From the NCBI GenBank assembly GCA_044224875.1, contig JBGAJQ010000011.1, positions 1 through 64,000 on the forward strand: DNA of 64,000 nt, in the 5' to 3' direction. Under the pieces are notes generated by a model. It had not been told where the DNA came from. It was given only the letters and a program-made list of their open reading frames with translations, and made no database searches. The DNA comes from Gemmatimonadaceae bacterium (lineage in GTDB: Bacteria > Gemmatimonadota > Gemmatimonadetes > Gemmatimonadales > Gemmatimonadaceae). Below are positions 30,503 through 41,586 of this stretch, one piece after another (position 1 is the stretch's first letter; the number at the start of each line of letters is the position of its first letter). A program made the position numbers and the translations under genes.

Positions 30503-33500
30503 ATGCACACACGACGAACCTTCATCGCACTACTGATCGCACAGCTCGCCGCCATTGGACACACAGCCGCACAGGCGGGTCGTGCGACCGTGCGCGAATA
30601 TTCGCGGGCCTTTCCGACGTATCCATTTGGCGACCCGAACCCGATTCCTGTCGTCGGGCGGATCTACCCGTATTTCCGGTTTGACGGGTTCGCCCACTCA
30701 TCACTGCCGCGCCAGTGGAAGGTGGTGGAGCTGGAGAATGACTACCTCCGAGTGATGATCCTGCCGGAGATCGGGGGAAAGATCTGGAACGCGGTCGACA
30801 AGCGTACGAACCGTTCGTTCATCTACTTCAATCAATCCGTGAAGTTTCGGGACGTGGCCATGCGTGGCCCGTGGACCAGTGGCGGCATCGAGGCGAACTA
30901 CGGCATCATCGGGCACACGCCGAATGTCGCGACGCCTGTGGAATACGCGGTCCGCACAAACCCGGACGGTTCAGTCAGTTGCATCATTGGCGCGCTGGAT
31001 TTGCTCACGCGCACGCCGTGGCGACTGGAAGTGCGCCTCGGAGCTACGGACGCGGCGTTCAGCACAACGTCCTTCTGGTACAATGCCTCGCCGATCGAGC
31101 AACCGTACTACTCGTGGATGAACGTCGGCATCACGGTGAAGGGCAACCTGCAGTATGTGTATCCGGGGACCAGCTACCTCGGGCATGCCGGGGAGCATGG
31201 ACCGTGGCCAATTGCGGCTGACGGGCGCGACATCTCGTGGTACAACCGCAACGACTTTGGTGGCTATAAGTCCTACCACGTCTTTGGCGCGGCGACCGAC
31301 TTCTTTGGGGCCTACTGGCACGATGATGACTTTGGGATGGTCCGCTACGCGCCACGCGACGAGAAGGCGGGCAAGAAGATCTGGATCTGGGGACTGTCCC
31401 GTCAGGGAATGATCTGGGAGTCGTTGCTCACCGATGTGGATGGCCAATACTCCGAAGTGCAGTCGGGACGCTTGTTCAACCAGTCCGCGGAGGAGAGCAC
31501 CTTCACGCCATTCAAGCATCGCGGATTTGCCCCGCACACCGTGGATCGCTGGACGGAGTATTGGTACCCCGTGGCAGGAACGAAGGGGATAGTCGCTGCC
31601 GGGCGTGTTGGTGCCCTGAACGTCACGGTCACGGGAGGACGGCTGGCGATCGCGTTTTCGCCCGTGCAGCCCATCGCCGACACCCTTCGCATTTTCGACG
31701 GTGCGCGAGAGATCGCCCGGCGCTTCATTGCGCGCAAGACGCTCGAGGTGTTCGTGGACACCGTGGCCATCGGCAGCGTCGCCCCAGACTCCCTTCACGT
31801 CGTCCTCGGCGATGGGTTGCTGCGGCATGACCTCGATCGCCGGAGTGGCGCCTTATCGCGCCCGCTGGACGCCCCCGCCAGTTTCAACTGGCAGTCGGCC
31901 TACGGACAGTATCTGAGGGGGAAGGAATGGCTTCGCCAGCGCGAGTATGACTCGGCGCGCGTGTACCTGGACGGTGCCCTGGCCCGCGACTCGCTGTTTT
32001 TGCCGGCATTGGTCGATCGGGCGATGGTGGCGTACCGTAGTGGCTTGTACGACGCGGCCCGCGCGTACGCCGCGACGGGACTCCGCATCGACACCTACGA
32101 TGGCGGCGCGAACTACTACTACGGGCTCGCCAACCGCCGGCTGGGGCGCCTGGCGGACGCGAAGGACGGTTTTGAGCTGGCGGCCATGTCACCGGAGTAC
32201 CGCGGTGCCGCGTGGACTGAGTTGGGTCGCCTGTCGTTGTCAGCGGGGTACTCGGATGCCGCAGCCTCGTACGCCGGCAAGGCGCTGTCTGTGGATGCCG
32301 CTAACCTGGATGCATTGGGGGTGGCGCTCGTTGCCGCGCGACGCCGCGGCAACGGGGTCGCCGCCACGTCCCTTCTTGAGCGACTCGAAGGCGCGGACGC
32401 CCTCAACCTGCAAGCGCGCCTCGAGCGTCGGTTGCTTGCCGGAGATCCGAAGGCTGGCCTGACGATCTTTCGGGACCTGCGTAGCGAACTGCCGGAACAG
32501 TCAGTGTTTGACCTCGCGGCATGGTATCTCGACGTCAAAGAGGTCGAGATTGCGCGACAGTTGCTGGAATCGCTCGGCAACCAGCCGGAGGCGCTCTATT
32601 GGCGTGCGTCCCTGATGGACGACCCGACCTCGAGCGCCGCCGAGGCACTTCGCGCGACGGCCAACACCCTGTCACCACGACTGGTCTTTCCGTTTCGGCC
32701 AGAAATGCTCCCCTCCCTTCACCAAGCGGTGAAGCTGACGGGCCACTGGAAGCCGCGCTACTATGCCGCCCTCACACTCTGGACGTTGGGCCGCATCGAG
32801 GAGGCGCGATCGCTCTTTCAGGAACTGCGTAGCGATCCGGACTACGCACCGGTCTATGCCGCACGCGCATCTTTTCCGGGATGGCCCTTCGAAGGGTCGC
32901 GCCAAGACCTGGAACGTGCGCTGGCCATGGACACAACCGAATGGCGGTACCCCAGGCTATTGGCCGAGCTTCTACGAAGTCACGGCCGCGCTCAAGATGC
33001 GATGGAGGTGGCACGTCGAGGGTTGAACCGGTTCCCAGACTCCTACCTCCTTGGCCTCACGCTGGCCAAGGCGCTCCTCGCAAACTCTGAGTTCTTCGCC
33101 GCCGACACCGTACTCGAGACGCTCGAGGTCTTGCCACATGAAGGTGCCGCCGAGGCACATGACATGTACCGTCAGGCGAAACTCATGCTGGCCCTCATTG
33201 CCACGGGCCAGCATGAGTGGCAGAGGGCAGAGCAGCTTGTGGCCGCCGCGCGACTCTGGCCTGAACGGCTGGGCGTAGGGAGACCCTACGACGCCGATGT
33301 GGATGAACGCCTCGAAGACTGGCTGCTGTCGGACATATACTACAATCAGGGCGAGCGACACAAGGCGGTTTCGATCTGGACGCGTTTGGCGGGAGATACG
33401 GTCAAGCGTGGCACGTCGAGCGATTACATCCCCGGTCTCGCCACGGCGCGACTCAAGCGCGCGACGGCGGTGATGCCGCAAGATGACGCACAGCTGTCGC

Positions 33501-33556
33501 GAGATTCGGGCGGGCGCGTGCTGCTCGCCTGGAAGCGACGGCAGGCACGACGTTAG
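30503..33556 (+). CDS. DUF5107 domain plus TPR-repeat secreted protein
   Basis: FPTYP, LENDYLRVMILPEIGGKI, GPWTSGGIEAN, GKKIWIWG, YSEVQSGR, then TPR helices. Confidence 0.88.
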   Translation: MHTRRTFIALLIAQLAAIGHTAAQAGRATVREYSRAFPTYPFGDPNPIPVVGRIYPYFRFDGFAHSSLPRQWKVVELENDYLRVMILPEIGGKIWNAVDKRTNRSFIYFNQSVKFRDVAMRGPWTSGGIEANYGIIGHTPNVATPVEYAVRTNPDGSVSCIIGALDLLTRTPWRLEVRLGATDAAFSTTSFWYNASPIEQPYYSWMNVGITVKGNLQYVYPGTSYLGHAGEHGPWPIAADGRDISWYNRNDFGGYKSYHVFGAATDFFGAYWHDDDFGMVRYAPRDEKAGKKIWIWGLSRQGMIWESLLTDVDGQYSEVQSGRLFNQSAEESTFTPFKHRGFAPHTVDRWTEYWYPVAGTKGIVAAGRVGALNVTVTGGRLAIAFSPVQPIADTLRIFDGAREIARRFIARKTLEVFVDTVAIGSVAPDSLHVVLGDGLLRHDLDRRSGALSRPLDAPASFNWQSAYGQYLRGKEWLRQREYDSARVYLDGALARDSLFLPALVDRAMVAYRSGLYDAARAYAATGLRIDTYDGGANYYYGLANRRLGRLADAKDGFELAAMSPEYRGAAWTELGRLSLSAGYSDAAASYAGKALSVDAANLDALGVALVAARRRGNGVAATSLLERLEGADALNLQARLERRLLAGDPKAGLTIFRDLRSELPEQSVFDLAAWYLDVKEVEIARQLLESLGNQPEALYWRASLMDDPTSSAAEALRATANTLSPRLVFPFRPEMLPSLHQAVKLTGHWKPRYYAALTLWTLGRIEEARSLFQELRSDPDYAPVYAARASFPGWPFEGSRQDLERALAMDTTEWRYPRLLAELLRSHGRAQDAMEVARRGLNRFPDSYLLGLTLAKALLANSEFFAADTVLETLEVLPHEGAAEAHDMYRQAKLMLALIATGQHEWQRAEQLVAAARLWPERLGVGRPYDADVDERLEDWLLSDIYYNQGERHKAVSIWTRLAGDTVKRGTSSDYIPGLATARLKRATAVMPQDDAQLSRDSGGRVLLAWKRRQARR

Positions 33557-33644
33557 GCTCCTGACGTCAGTGGCCTGTCGCTATCCCAGCAGAGTGCGAG
33601 GCACACAGCCGCTTTCGCCTTCGCGCGGGACGGGCGGACGCGCG

Positions 33645-36143
33645 CTACTCGGAACGCATGGCCTCGACGGGGTCGATGCGGGCGGCCCGGCGCGCCGGAA
33701 GCCAGCTAGCGCCGGCGGCGACCAGAATGAGCACGGTGGTGACGAGCCCGAGGGTCAGCGGGTCAACCGGGCTGACCTCGAACAGGAAGGAGCGGAGCAA
33801 ACGTGCCAGCAGGCCGAACAAGACCAATCCCACCGCAGCCCCGGCCATAGCGAGTACGACGCCTTGCCGGGCGATCAGCCGACCGACGGCCCGTGGCGGG
33901 GCGCCTAACGCGATTCGTACGCCGATCTCCTTTGTGCGCAGGCTCACCACGTACGCAACGACCCCATACAGTCCGACCGCTCCAAGAAAGAGTGTCGCCC
34001 CCGCGGCGACAGCCAGCACCATCAAGGTGAAGGACAAACGGGCGAACGAACTTGCGACGACGTCGTCCATGGCGCGCAGGTTGAAGATCGGCAGCGTTCG
34101 GTCGAGGGCCGCGACTTCGCGACGCACCGCCGGCGCGAGCGCATTTGGATCACCGATGGTGCGGACGACAAGACTCATCTCGCCGACACCGATCAAGTCG
34201 TTGTCGGCTCCCGTGTCCGCGGCGGGGACCACCGGGAAGTACACCTGCGCGGTGGGTGGCGCGGCCAGCGAGCTATCGAGCACGGTTTCTGCCACTCCAA
34301 TGACGGTGTAGACCGTCCCGCTCAGGGCCTTCACGCGAGCGCCGATGACCGAGGCGCCAGTGGAGTCACCCCATTGCTCACGCGCGAGTTTCCGGCTGAT
34401 GACTACCTCGAACGGCGATTGCGCCTCAGTCATGCTGCCGAAGGAACGGCCGGCAACCATGGGAATGCCCATGGCCTGAAAATACGTGTTCCCCGCACGA
34501 ATGAACGTGGCGAGCGCCGGCAACTCGTTAGGTCCTGGCGGCCGATCCTCACGGGCGATCGGGTTCAGGTTGGCCCCCTCAACGAGCAACGGGGCCTTCG
34601 ACGTGACACTCACCGCTCGCACACCGGGGATGGTCGCCACTCGATCCACAAGCTGCGAGAAGAATCGGACCGCGTCCGATGGCTTCGGATAGGTCGCCCG
34701 GGGGAGGTCGACTCGCAATGTCAGCACGTTCGCCGCGTCGAAGCCGGGGCGCACCGCCTTAAGGCGAAGCACACTGCGCGCCAAGAGCCCAGAGGCGCTC
34801 AGCAGCACCAACGCCAGCGCGACTTGGGCAGACACCAGGGCACCGCGTGTGCGCTGACGTTGCCGACCGGCCGTCCCAGACCGTCCTCCCTCGCGCAGCA
34901 TGGCGCCAAGGTTCACCTTGCCCTGACGGAATGCCGGGAAGAGCGTGGCAAGCAAGGCGGCGACCAGCGACGCCAGCGCCGCGAACGCCAGGGCGACGAG
35001 ATCCACACGGACTTCGTTGAGTCGAGGAAGTTCCGCCGGACCGTACTGCACCAGCAGACGCACGCTCACCACCGCCAACGCAGTCCCGATGACTCCGCCC
35101 AACAACGCCAGTACCACCCCTTCTGCGAAGAAGTGCGCCAACACCTGGCCATGCCCGGCACCTAACGCTGAGCGTACCGTCAGCTCCTTCTGGCGTCCTT
35201 CCGCCCGAACCAGCAACAGGTTGGCGATGTTCGCGCAGGCCACCAGCAGGACCAGCCCAGCCGTTGCGGCCACAACCCATAGGACGGGACCAAAGGAGCC
35301 GACTACCACGTCACGCAGGGGAACGAGGGTGGGCTGGATCCTGGCATTCTCGATCACCGCGCGCATCGCCATTCCAGGCGCCAGCGTCGGGTACAGTTCC
35401 GGCAGCCGTTGGAATGCCTGCCTGATGTCTGCCAGACCAGACGCCGCCGTGGCGCCTGACCGCAGGCGCGCGATGCCGCTGTAGTCGAATCCTCCGGCTT
35501 GCTCCTGGGCTGGGTTCAGGCGTAACGGCAGCCAAGCCTGGGTTCGCGAATCCGGAAAGTGAAAGGACGGAGGCATCACACCGATCACTTCGGTTGCTCG
35601 ACCATCCATTTGGATGGTTCTTCCCACGATCGTCGGATCGCCTCCGAATCGACGGCGCCAGAAATCGTCCGCGAGCAGCACAACGGGGACACCGCCGGGA
35701 ATCCCTTCCTCTTCCTGAAAACGACGTCCGCGAATTGGTGAGACGCGTAACGCGGGGAGGACAGATGGCGTGATGTACGCGACATTCAGCCGTTCGGGTT
35801 CGGCGCGTCCTGTTGGATCGGCGAGCGACGCCGAGAGTCCTTTGTAGAGTCCGATTTGATCAAAAGCCGTCGCCAGCTTCCGATAGGTGAAGTAGGTCCC
35901 TAACGAGTGGCCGACCTCCGTCAACTTCACTCCGGGGGCCGTGTGTCCGATGGCGACGAGGCGGTCTGCGTCGTCATACGGCAGGGGACGTAGCAGGACG
36001 GCATTGACCACGCTGAAGATGGCGGTCGTCGCCCCTACGCCGAGCGCGAGGGTGAGCGCGGCGGTCATCGTGAACACGGGGGCGCGCCGGAGCGAGCGCC
36101 AGGCGTACCGCAGCGGAAGGGCGAATGCGCGTCGACCAGCCAT
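33645..36143 (-). CDS. ADOP-family duplicated ABC permease (MacB_PCD/FtsX x2)
   Basis: [61 protein letters not shown]. Confidence 0.93.
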   Translation of the reverse strand: MAGRRAFALPLRYAWRSLRRAPVFTMTAALTLALGVGATTAIFSVVNAVLLRPLPYDDADRLVAIGHTAPGVKLTEVGHSLGTYFTYRKLATAFDQIGLYKGLSASLADPTGRAEPERLNVAYITPSVLPALRVSPIRGRRFQEEEGIPGGVPVVLLADDFWRRRFGGDPTIVGRTIQMDGRATEVIGVMPPSFHFPDSRTQAWLPLRLNPAQEQAGGFDYSGIARLRSGATAASGLADIRQAFQRLPELYPTLAPGMAMRAVIENARIQPTLVPLRDVVVGSFGPVLWVVAATAGLVLLVACANIANLLLVRAEGRQKELTVRSALGAGHGQVLAHFFAEGVVLALLGGVIGTALAVVSVRLLVQYGPAELPRLNEVRVDLVALAFAALASLVAALLATLFPAFRQGKVNLGAMLREGGRSGTAGRQRQRTRGALVSAQVALALVLLSASGLLARSVLRLKAVRPGFDAANVLTLRVDLPRATYPKPSDAVRFFSQLVDRVATIPGVRAVSVTSKAPLLVEGANLNPIAREDRPPGPNELPALATFIRAGNTYFQAMGIPMVAGRSFGSMTEAQSPFEVVISRKLAREQWGDSTGASVIGARVKALSGTVYTVIGVAETVLDSSLAAPPTAQVYFPVVPAADTGADNDLIGVGEMSLVVRTIGDPNALAPAVRREVAALDRTLPIFNLRAMDDVVASSFARLSFTLMVLAVAAGATLFLGAVGLYGVVAYVVSLRTKEIGVRIALGAPPRAVGRLIARQGVVLAMAGAAVGLVLFGLLARLLRSFLFEVSPVDPLTLGLVTTVLILVAAGASWLPARRAARIDPVEAMRSE

Positions 36144-36211
36144 GGGAAGGCGAGGGCTAGGGTGGCTTTGGCACCCCCGTACGAACGCCGTAGGCCGATC
36201 GTTTCAGGGCG

Positions 36212-37195
36212 CTACATCTCGATCCACCGCCCCACGTCACCCCGCTCGGCGGCGTCTGCCACGACATTCGCAACTGCTGCATCGAGCACTCCGACACCCG
36301 TGAGATCCGCCACGGTGATCTCGTCGTCGGAGGTGCGCCCAGGCTTCCAACCGGCCGCGATCTCGCCGATCTCGGCGTACACGTCATCCACGGTCATGCA
36401 GCCCGCGTCGACGGCATGATGCAACTCCCCCTGTGTGACGCACTGCGAGACGAGATCCACGACGACTTTGCTTCGGCCTAGGAGCGCTGCGTCGAGTTCC
36501 TGCTTGTGCGGCATGTCGGCGCCAATGGCCGTGATGTGCGTGCCGGGCTGCACCCAATCCGACCGAACCAGCGGCCGTTCGGCGGTCGTCGTCGTGACAA
36601 TGAGCTGCGACGATCTAACCAGGTGTTCCGTGGACTCGGCGACGTCCACCGGAAGTCCCGTGCGCGACGTCATCTCTGCCGCGTACTCGGTGGCGTGCGG
36701 CATGTTGCGGCTGACGACGAGAATTCGCTCGGGCTGGCGTACTTGCAGCAACGCTTCCAGTTGGTAGCGCGCTTGCCCGCCTGCGCCGATGATCCCCACC
36801 GTGTGAATGATCGGACGCGCCAGTAACTCGGCGGCGATAGCTCCCGACGCGCCAGTTCGCAGTTCCGTCAGGTAACCATTGTCCGCGATCATCAATTCCA
36901 GCATCCCCGTATGCGCGCTGAACACCCACACCGCGCCTGACGTGACGGGGAGCCCGCGCTGGGCATTGTCGTAGAATCCCGTGGCGACCTTGATCGAGTA
37001 CCTTGGGTCGCCGTGAATGTAGCCGCCCTTGGCATGGACGTCGCCGCGATGCTCCTTCACGTGGATCGTGAGGACGCTTGGTTGCTCCACCTTGCGCTGT
37101 GCAAGACGCATGTAGGCCAGCTTACAGCTGGTGATCGCCTGCAGCGGTGAGATGAGCCGTCGGGCATCGGCTTCACTGAGGAGACGAATGCGCAT
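36212..37195 (-). CDS. Ornithine cyclodeaminase/mu-crystallin family protein
   Basis: KVATGFYDN, LTELRTGA, GAGGQA, GTHITAIGAD, DLTGVGVLD. Confidence 0.92.
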   Translation of the reverse strand: MRIRLLSEADARRLISPLQAITSCKLAYMRLAQRKVEQPSVLTIHVKEHRGDVHAKGGYIHGDPRYSIKVATGFYDNAQRGLPVTSGAVWVFSAHTGMLELMIADNGYLTELRTGASGAIAAELLARPIIHTVGIIGAGGQARYQLEALLQVRQPERILVVSRNMPHATEYAAEMTSRTGLPVDVAESTEHLVRSSQLIVTTTTAERPLVRSDWVQPGTHITAIGADMPHKQELDAALLGRSKVVVDLVSQCVTQGELHHAVDAGCMTVDDVYAEIGEIAAGWKPGRTSDDEITVADLTGVGVLDAAVANVVADAAERGDVGRWIEM

Positions 37196-37229
37196 GCGTC
37201 AGCGGTGGGTGGCGTTCAGCGTGGGGGAG

Positions 37230-38495
37230 CTATTGCAGTCCGTAGAGAGTCTTGGCATTGGTCCGCATGACCATGGTCGCCAGCTCCACCGCGCGTTCTC
37301 GTGTGATTTCGCCATCGTGCATCATCGCGGTCAGGGCGCGCCCGAGGGCTATGCGGGCGTTGTTGGCACCGACGACGCCGGCTTCCTCCCATCCCAGTTC
37401 CTTTGAGAACGGATATGCATCCGTTGCGAAGAGGACCTTTTCCGGTACGTAGGCAAGCCATCCACGCAGCGCCTCGGCGACGTTGTGCTGGGTGTCGAAC
37501 GCCGTCTGCTCGGAGAAATCGAGGTACGCGTTCGGCTTCGTCAGCAAGGGCGTAATCATGCGCGTGTACGGCCAGCCACCGTGGACCATCACGAACTTCG
37601 TCTTGCGCAGCGTAGGGTCGTTGAGAAGCGGTTCCAGGTGCATTGGATCGGCCCAGCTGGTGAAGAAGTATCCACCACCACCATGGGCCACATGGAGCTG
37701 CACCACGAGGCCAAGCCGACCACACTCGCTCACAATGAAACGGAACAGGTAGTCTTGCAGCGCCGTGTAGTCACCCTTCCCCGACCACGCTCGCTCCGCG
37801 TCGGCGCGCGATGGGTTGCCGACGGCGAGTGTGCGAAGGTATGCCAGCTCAAACTTCTCGCCGACTGCCCCACCCTGTTTGTGCCGTTCCAGAGTGGGAC
37901 GCACGACCTTGTCGAGGTATTCACCCAGGGCGGCGGGGCGGCCGGAGACACCGCTTTCCTTGTAGTACCGGGCAAGTAGTTTCTCCTCCAACGGGTAGAA
38001 CGCCTGCTGGTCAGGCGTCTTGATCATGGACGTGTTGTCGAGCGGAAACATGAGCGCGTCCACGAAGGGCACCCAGAGAAAGCGGGGTGAGGGAAGCCCC
38101 GGTCCCATCGCCACGCGGTTCGCCATCATGGTCTCAACGCCCATCTTGTCGAGGATGAAGGTCGCGTAGTCGTTCGCGTGCGCCTTGACCGTGGCGTCGC
38201 GATCCGCACCAAAGATGTCGCGCGTGGCCGCCGTGACCATTGCCGAGGTGCCACGCTGCTGCACCGGATCCGATTGAGGCTCCAGGTGATCGACGGGGAG
38301 TGCATCGAACTCCATGTCGGCCGCCTCTCCAGACCCGGTGGGCCGGACGGGGTGCGCGTGGTTGTCTATGGCCTTGATGGCGGCGATGTCACGGGCGAGT
38401 TGCGGATCGACGCCGTTGGCGTCCGTGTTGCTACTGTTGCAGCCGGCGAGAAGGCTTGCGACGAAGCAAGAGAAAGCAGCCAGCAGTGTCCTCAT
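37230..38495 (-). CDS. Amidohydrolase_2 family lipoprotein
   Basis: Lipobox LAGC; AIDNHAHP, QLHVAHG, VHGGWPY, LFATDAY. Confidence 0.88.
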   Translation of the reverse strand: MRTLLAAFSCFVASLLAGCNSSNTDANGVDPQLARDIAAIKAIDNHAHPVRPTGSGEAADMEFDALPVDHLEPQSDPVQQRGTSAMVTAATRDIFGADRDATVKAHANDYATFILDKMGVETMMANRVAMGPGLPSPRFLWVPFVDALMFPLDNTSMIKTPDQQAFYPLEEKLLARYYKESGVSGRPAALGEYLDKVVRPTLERHKQGGAVGEKFELAYLRTLAVGNPSRADAERAWSGKGDYTALQDYLFRFIVSECGRLGLVVQLHVAHGGGGYFFTSWADPMHLEPLLNDPTLRKTKFVMVHGGWPYTRMITPLLTKPNAYLDFSEQTAFDTQHNVAEALRGWLAYVPEKVLFATDAYPFSKELGWEEAGVVGANNARIALGRALTAMMHDGEITRERAVELATMVMRTNAKTLYGLQ

Positions 38496-38573
38496 TGGCG
38501 TGCCTCGGGGTTGGCGTGCGATCGTTGGGGCAGACGGTGGGCTGGAATGTGCGAACGGGGTTGTTCACTCCGC

Positions 38574-38834
38574 TCACGTGCTCTTCGCGGGCTTGTTCCC
38601 GGCGTCTGGGTCACGCTCCACGACGATCGTGAATTCCTTCGCGAGCGCGACGATGCCGGCAATCGCTGCCCAGAAGGGGAGGAGTACAACACCGGCGATC
38701 CCCGCATTCAATGGAAAGTCGATCAGCGTGCGACCGCTGGCGTTGCGGATGATGATTCGCCTGACGTTGCCTTCGTGAATGATCTCCTTGAGCTTCTCCT
38801 TCAGCTTGCCCGCCGAAACACTGATTTCTTCCAT
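38574..38834 (-). CDS. DUF4342 domain-containing protein
   Basis: KLKEIIHEGNVRRIII, P-L-x-AG hydrophobic hairpin, TIVVER. Confidence 0.88.
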   Translation of the reverse strand: MEEISVSAGKLKEKLKEIIHEGNVRRIIIRNASGRTLIDFPLNAGIAGVVLLPFWAAIAGIVALAKEFTIVVERDPDAGNKPAKST

Positions 38835-38993
38835 ATAGCCTCCCCACGGAATCTCGGTGGTCGCCCCTGTCGTGACATCTGCCTGCAGGCAATCTCGTCT
38901 ACCTGAAGGCCGCGGGCCAGATCGATCAGACGGTGACATTGTCGCTCACTGCCGGTACGTTCCCAGTCAACTCAAGGCCCACCACATACTCCC

Positions 38994-39716
38994 ATGAAAT
39001 GTTCGCTCGCGCGGCTGCTGCTCGCCGCCCTTCCGATGGTAACTGTCGCGACGTCCGCAGGATTGGCGCAGACCGCCAACGACCCCCTCCGGACAGACTG
39101 GGCGAACCTGCAACGGTACCGCCAGGCCAACGCCGAGCTCGCAGCGGCGGCCAAGGGGGATCAACGTGTTGTCTTCTATGGCAACTCGATCACGGAGGGT
39201 TGGGCGCCACTCTTCGGCACGCAGTTTCCCGGCAAACCGTACGTTGGGCGGGGCATCAGCGGTCAAACGACACCACAGATGCTGGTGCGCTTCCGACAGG
39301 ACGTCCTTGCGTTGCACCCGGCGGCTGTGATCATCCTGGCCGGGACGAATGACATCGCGGGAAACACGGGGCCATCCACCCTGGAGATGATCGAGGACAA
39401 CCTTGCGTCCATGGCCGAGCTGGCGAAGGCCAACGGCGTCCGCGTCATCCTGTCCTCGGTTCTACCGGTCTACGACTACCCGTGGAAGCCTGGGCTTACG
39501 CCCGCTCCCAAGATTGTGGCACTCAACGCGTGGATGAAGTCCTATGCGGCCTCGCACGACGCGGTCTATTGCGACTACCACTCGGCAATGGCCGATGAAC
39601 GTCAGGGGATGCGGAGTGACCTTGCCTCGGATGGCGTACACCCTAACGAGAAAGGCTACGCAATCATGGCGCCGATTGCCGAGGCGGCCATCCGGGCGGC
39701 ACTCCGCCGCCCGTAG
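38994..39716 (+). CDS. SGNH/GDSL hydrolase (secreted)
   Basis: GNSITEGW, RGISGQTTPQML, GTNDIA, DGVHPN. Confidence 0.93.
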   Translation: MKCSLARLLLAALPMVTVATSAGLAQTANDPLRTDWANLQRYRQANAELAAAAKGDQRVVFYGNSITEGWAPLFGTQFPGKPYVGRGISGQTTPQMLVRFRQDVLALHPAAVIILAGTNDIAGNTGPSTLEMIEDNLASMAELAKANGVRVILSSVLPVYDYPWKPGLTPAPKIVALNAWMKSYAASHDAVYCDYHSAMADERQGMRSDLASDGVHPNEKGYAIMAPIAEAAIRAALRRP

Positions 39717-39752
39717 CTCCCTGTTATCGAGAGTGTTGCGAGTCTAGCAGGC

Positions 39753-39783
39753 TGGCCGCCCCCCTTTTCTTGGGGAGCGGCCA
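39753..39783. terminator. Hairpin between convergent genes, probable terminator
   Basis: TGGCCGC-CCCC...GGGG-A-GCGGCCA stem. Confidence 0.45.
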
Positions 39784-39863
39784 TGTACGGATGGAAAGCC
39801 TTGAGCGGCTCGCGAAAGGTCAGGCATGCGGAGCGACGACGTCGAGTGAGTTGTGTTACCTGA

Positions 39864-40418
39864 CTACGTCGTGGTGGGGGCTCGCGCGACGGAGGGTCCG
39901 ATGCCACCACGACTGCGCGAGAGGATTCCCGCGCACACCAAGGTCATCACCAGGGCCACGGGAAGTGGCTCCAGGAAAGTCAGCGCAACATTCACGAGGG
40001 GGTTGCGATACATCTCCTTGAACTTCGCCATCCGTTGCGCCTGCTGGGCTAACTCCGCCGGAGAAGCGCCGTCGGCGCGTGCCTTTTCCATCTGTGCGGC
40101 GGCGTACTTGTCGGCGAAGTCGGGTGAGATCTTGTAGAAGATGAATTCCCAGGTCGCGACGTAGCAGACACTGGCGATTACGGTGATCAGCAACCCCACC
40201 TGAAAGGCCTTACCGAATCCGATCGGGCCCTTCAGGACGTTGTCGCGATACGATCGGATCCCGAAGTACACCATCAGGAATGCCACAACCATCGTGGTAT
40301 ACCCGATGATCGCGCCGCCGTCGTAGCCGATCTCGGAACGGAAAATGGCCGTGACAAGAAGCATCAGGGACAAGACGGTCCCGGACAGTAGCCCAAAGGT
40401 CAGTACAATTCGTCGCAT
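39864..40418 (-). CDS. DUF4199 family membrane protein
   Basis: IVLTFGLLSG, GYTTM...FGIRSYRD, IGFGKAFQVG, YRNP. Confidence 0.85.
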   Translation of the reverse strand: MRRIVLTFGLLSGTVLSLMLLVTAIFRSEIGYDGGAIIGYTTMVVAFLMVYFGIRSYRDNVLKGPIGFGKAFQVGLLITVIASVCYVATWEFIFYKISPDFADKYAAAQMEKARADGASPAELAQQAQRMAKFKEMYRNPLVNVALTFLEPLPVALVMTLVCAGILSRSRGGIGPSVARAPTTT

Positions 40419-40479
40419 CGTTCCGCTCCATGAGGTGTTGGTTGTGCCTCGAGCGTAGCGCGAGTGCCGCGTAGGGGCG

Positions 40480-40533
40480 TCACACGAAGGGGTGATTTTG
40501 CTTTTTTGCCCCCAAAATCACGCGTTTGGGTGA
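40480..40533. promoter_or_regulatory. Tandem LuxR-type operator boxes
   Basis: TCAC-N8-GTGA at 40480-40495 and 40518-40533 between the luxR-type gene and the DUF4199 gene. Confidence 0.65.
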
Positions 40534-40536
40534 GGC

Positions 40537-40995
40537 TCACCCAATCAGTCCGGCTTCTTTCGCGAGCTGTACCGCTTGCGTGCGTCGCTTAGCGCCGAGT
40601 TTTTCAAAGAGTCGCTTGGCGTGGGTCTTCACGGTGTTTTCGCTCACGAAGACGCGCTCGGCGATCTCGCGCGTGCTGAGGCCCGCCGCGATGAGCTCGA
40701 GAACTTCGAGCTCGCGCTTGGTCAAGCCAAGTGCCTCGGCCTTCTGGTCATCTCGTACGAAGGTCGCTGAGACGGGGACTGGGACCTGAACTTCCACTTC
40801 CTTCACGACTACGCGCTCCCTCGACTTGGTGAGCGTCAGACCCAGCCAGATGCCCACGGCCGAAAAGAGGGCGGCGATGAGCGCGCCATAGATCTCGACC
40901 GCGTGCTCCACCATCAAATAGCGGTACTCAATCGCTTTTAACACGACGATCAGTGCACCACCCATGAGCCCATAGATGAGGATGTGCTTCTTCAC
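40537..40995 (-). CDS. LuxR-type HTH regulator with two N-terminal TM helices
   Basis: TM-TM then LTKRELEVLELIAAGLSTREIAERVFVSENTVKTH...RRTQAV. Confidence 0.92.
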   Translation of the reverse strand: MKKHILIYGLMGGALIVVLKAIEYRYLMVEHAVEIYGALIAALFSAVGIWLGLTLTKSRERVVVKEVEVQVPVPVSATFVRDDQKAEALGLTKRELEVLELIAAGLSTREIAERVFVSENTVKTHAKRLFEKLGAKRRTQAVQLAKEAGLIG

Positions 40996-41037
40996 GGGAT
41001 CTTAGGCTGGGAGGTGCTCGAAGCAGGTCGCAGGGTG

Positions 41038-41586
41038 TTAGGCGCGCGTTGGTCGTGGCGAGCGCTTCGGCTTGCGCGGCATCCACCACCACAGACCGTC
41101 AGAGACGTCCCGCGGAAGTGGCGCGCCAGTGAGCCGCGCGAGGAGCACGAGTTGACCGCGATGGTGCGCTTCATGCGCGACAAAGTATGACAGCACGTGA
41201 CCGACATCGAGAGGGAGGTTGCGCCAGACGTACGCCCGTGAGGGCGGCACGACCCCGCCAGCGTCGAGTCCAAGGACCAAAAGCGCTTCCATGGCCTGTG
41301 TGCTCTTCTTGAGCGCGGTGATGAGCTGACGGCGTGACACGCGATGGAGGTCAACAAACGGTGGGGCCTTTATGCCATGTTCCGCGCCCAGCGTCTTGAT
41401 CCAACGGCAGCGCGCGTTGTGCAGGTGCCCGCCGATGGAGCGCACGGAGCGGCGCATCCCGTCGGGGGGCGCGCTGTTCCAGAAGGTCTCGGGAAGCTGC
41501 GATACGAGGTCTTCATTCATTCGGGCCGTCGTGCGCCAGGCCGCGATCAGCGAACTCGCGAGAGGCGACTTGTCGGTCGTCTTCAT
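41038..41586 (-). CDS. DinB family protein
   Basis: HLHNARCRW and AHEAHHRGQ His triad. Confidence 0.88.
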   Translation of the reverse strand: MKTTDKSPLASSLIAAWRTTARMNEDLVSQLPETFWNSAPPDGMRRSVRSIGGHLHNARCRWIKTLGAEHGIKAPPFVDLHRVSRRQLITALKKSTQAMEALLVLGLDAGGVVPPSRAYVWRNLPLDVGHVLSYFVAHEAHHRGQLVLLARLTGAPLPRDVSDGLWWWMPRKPKRSPRPTRA

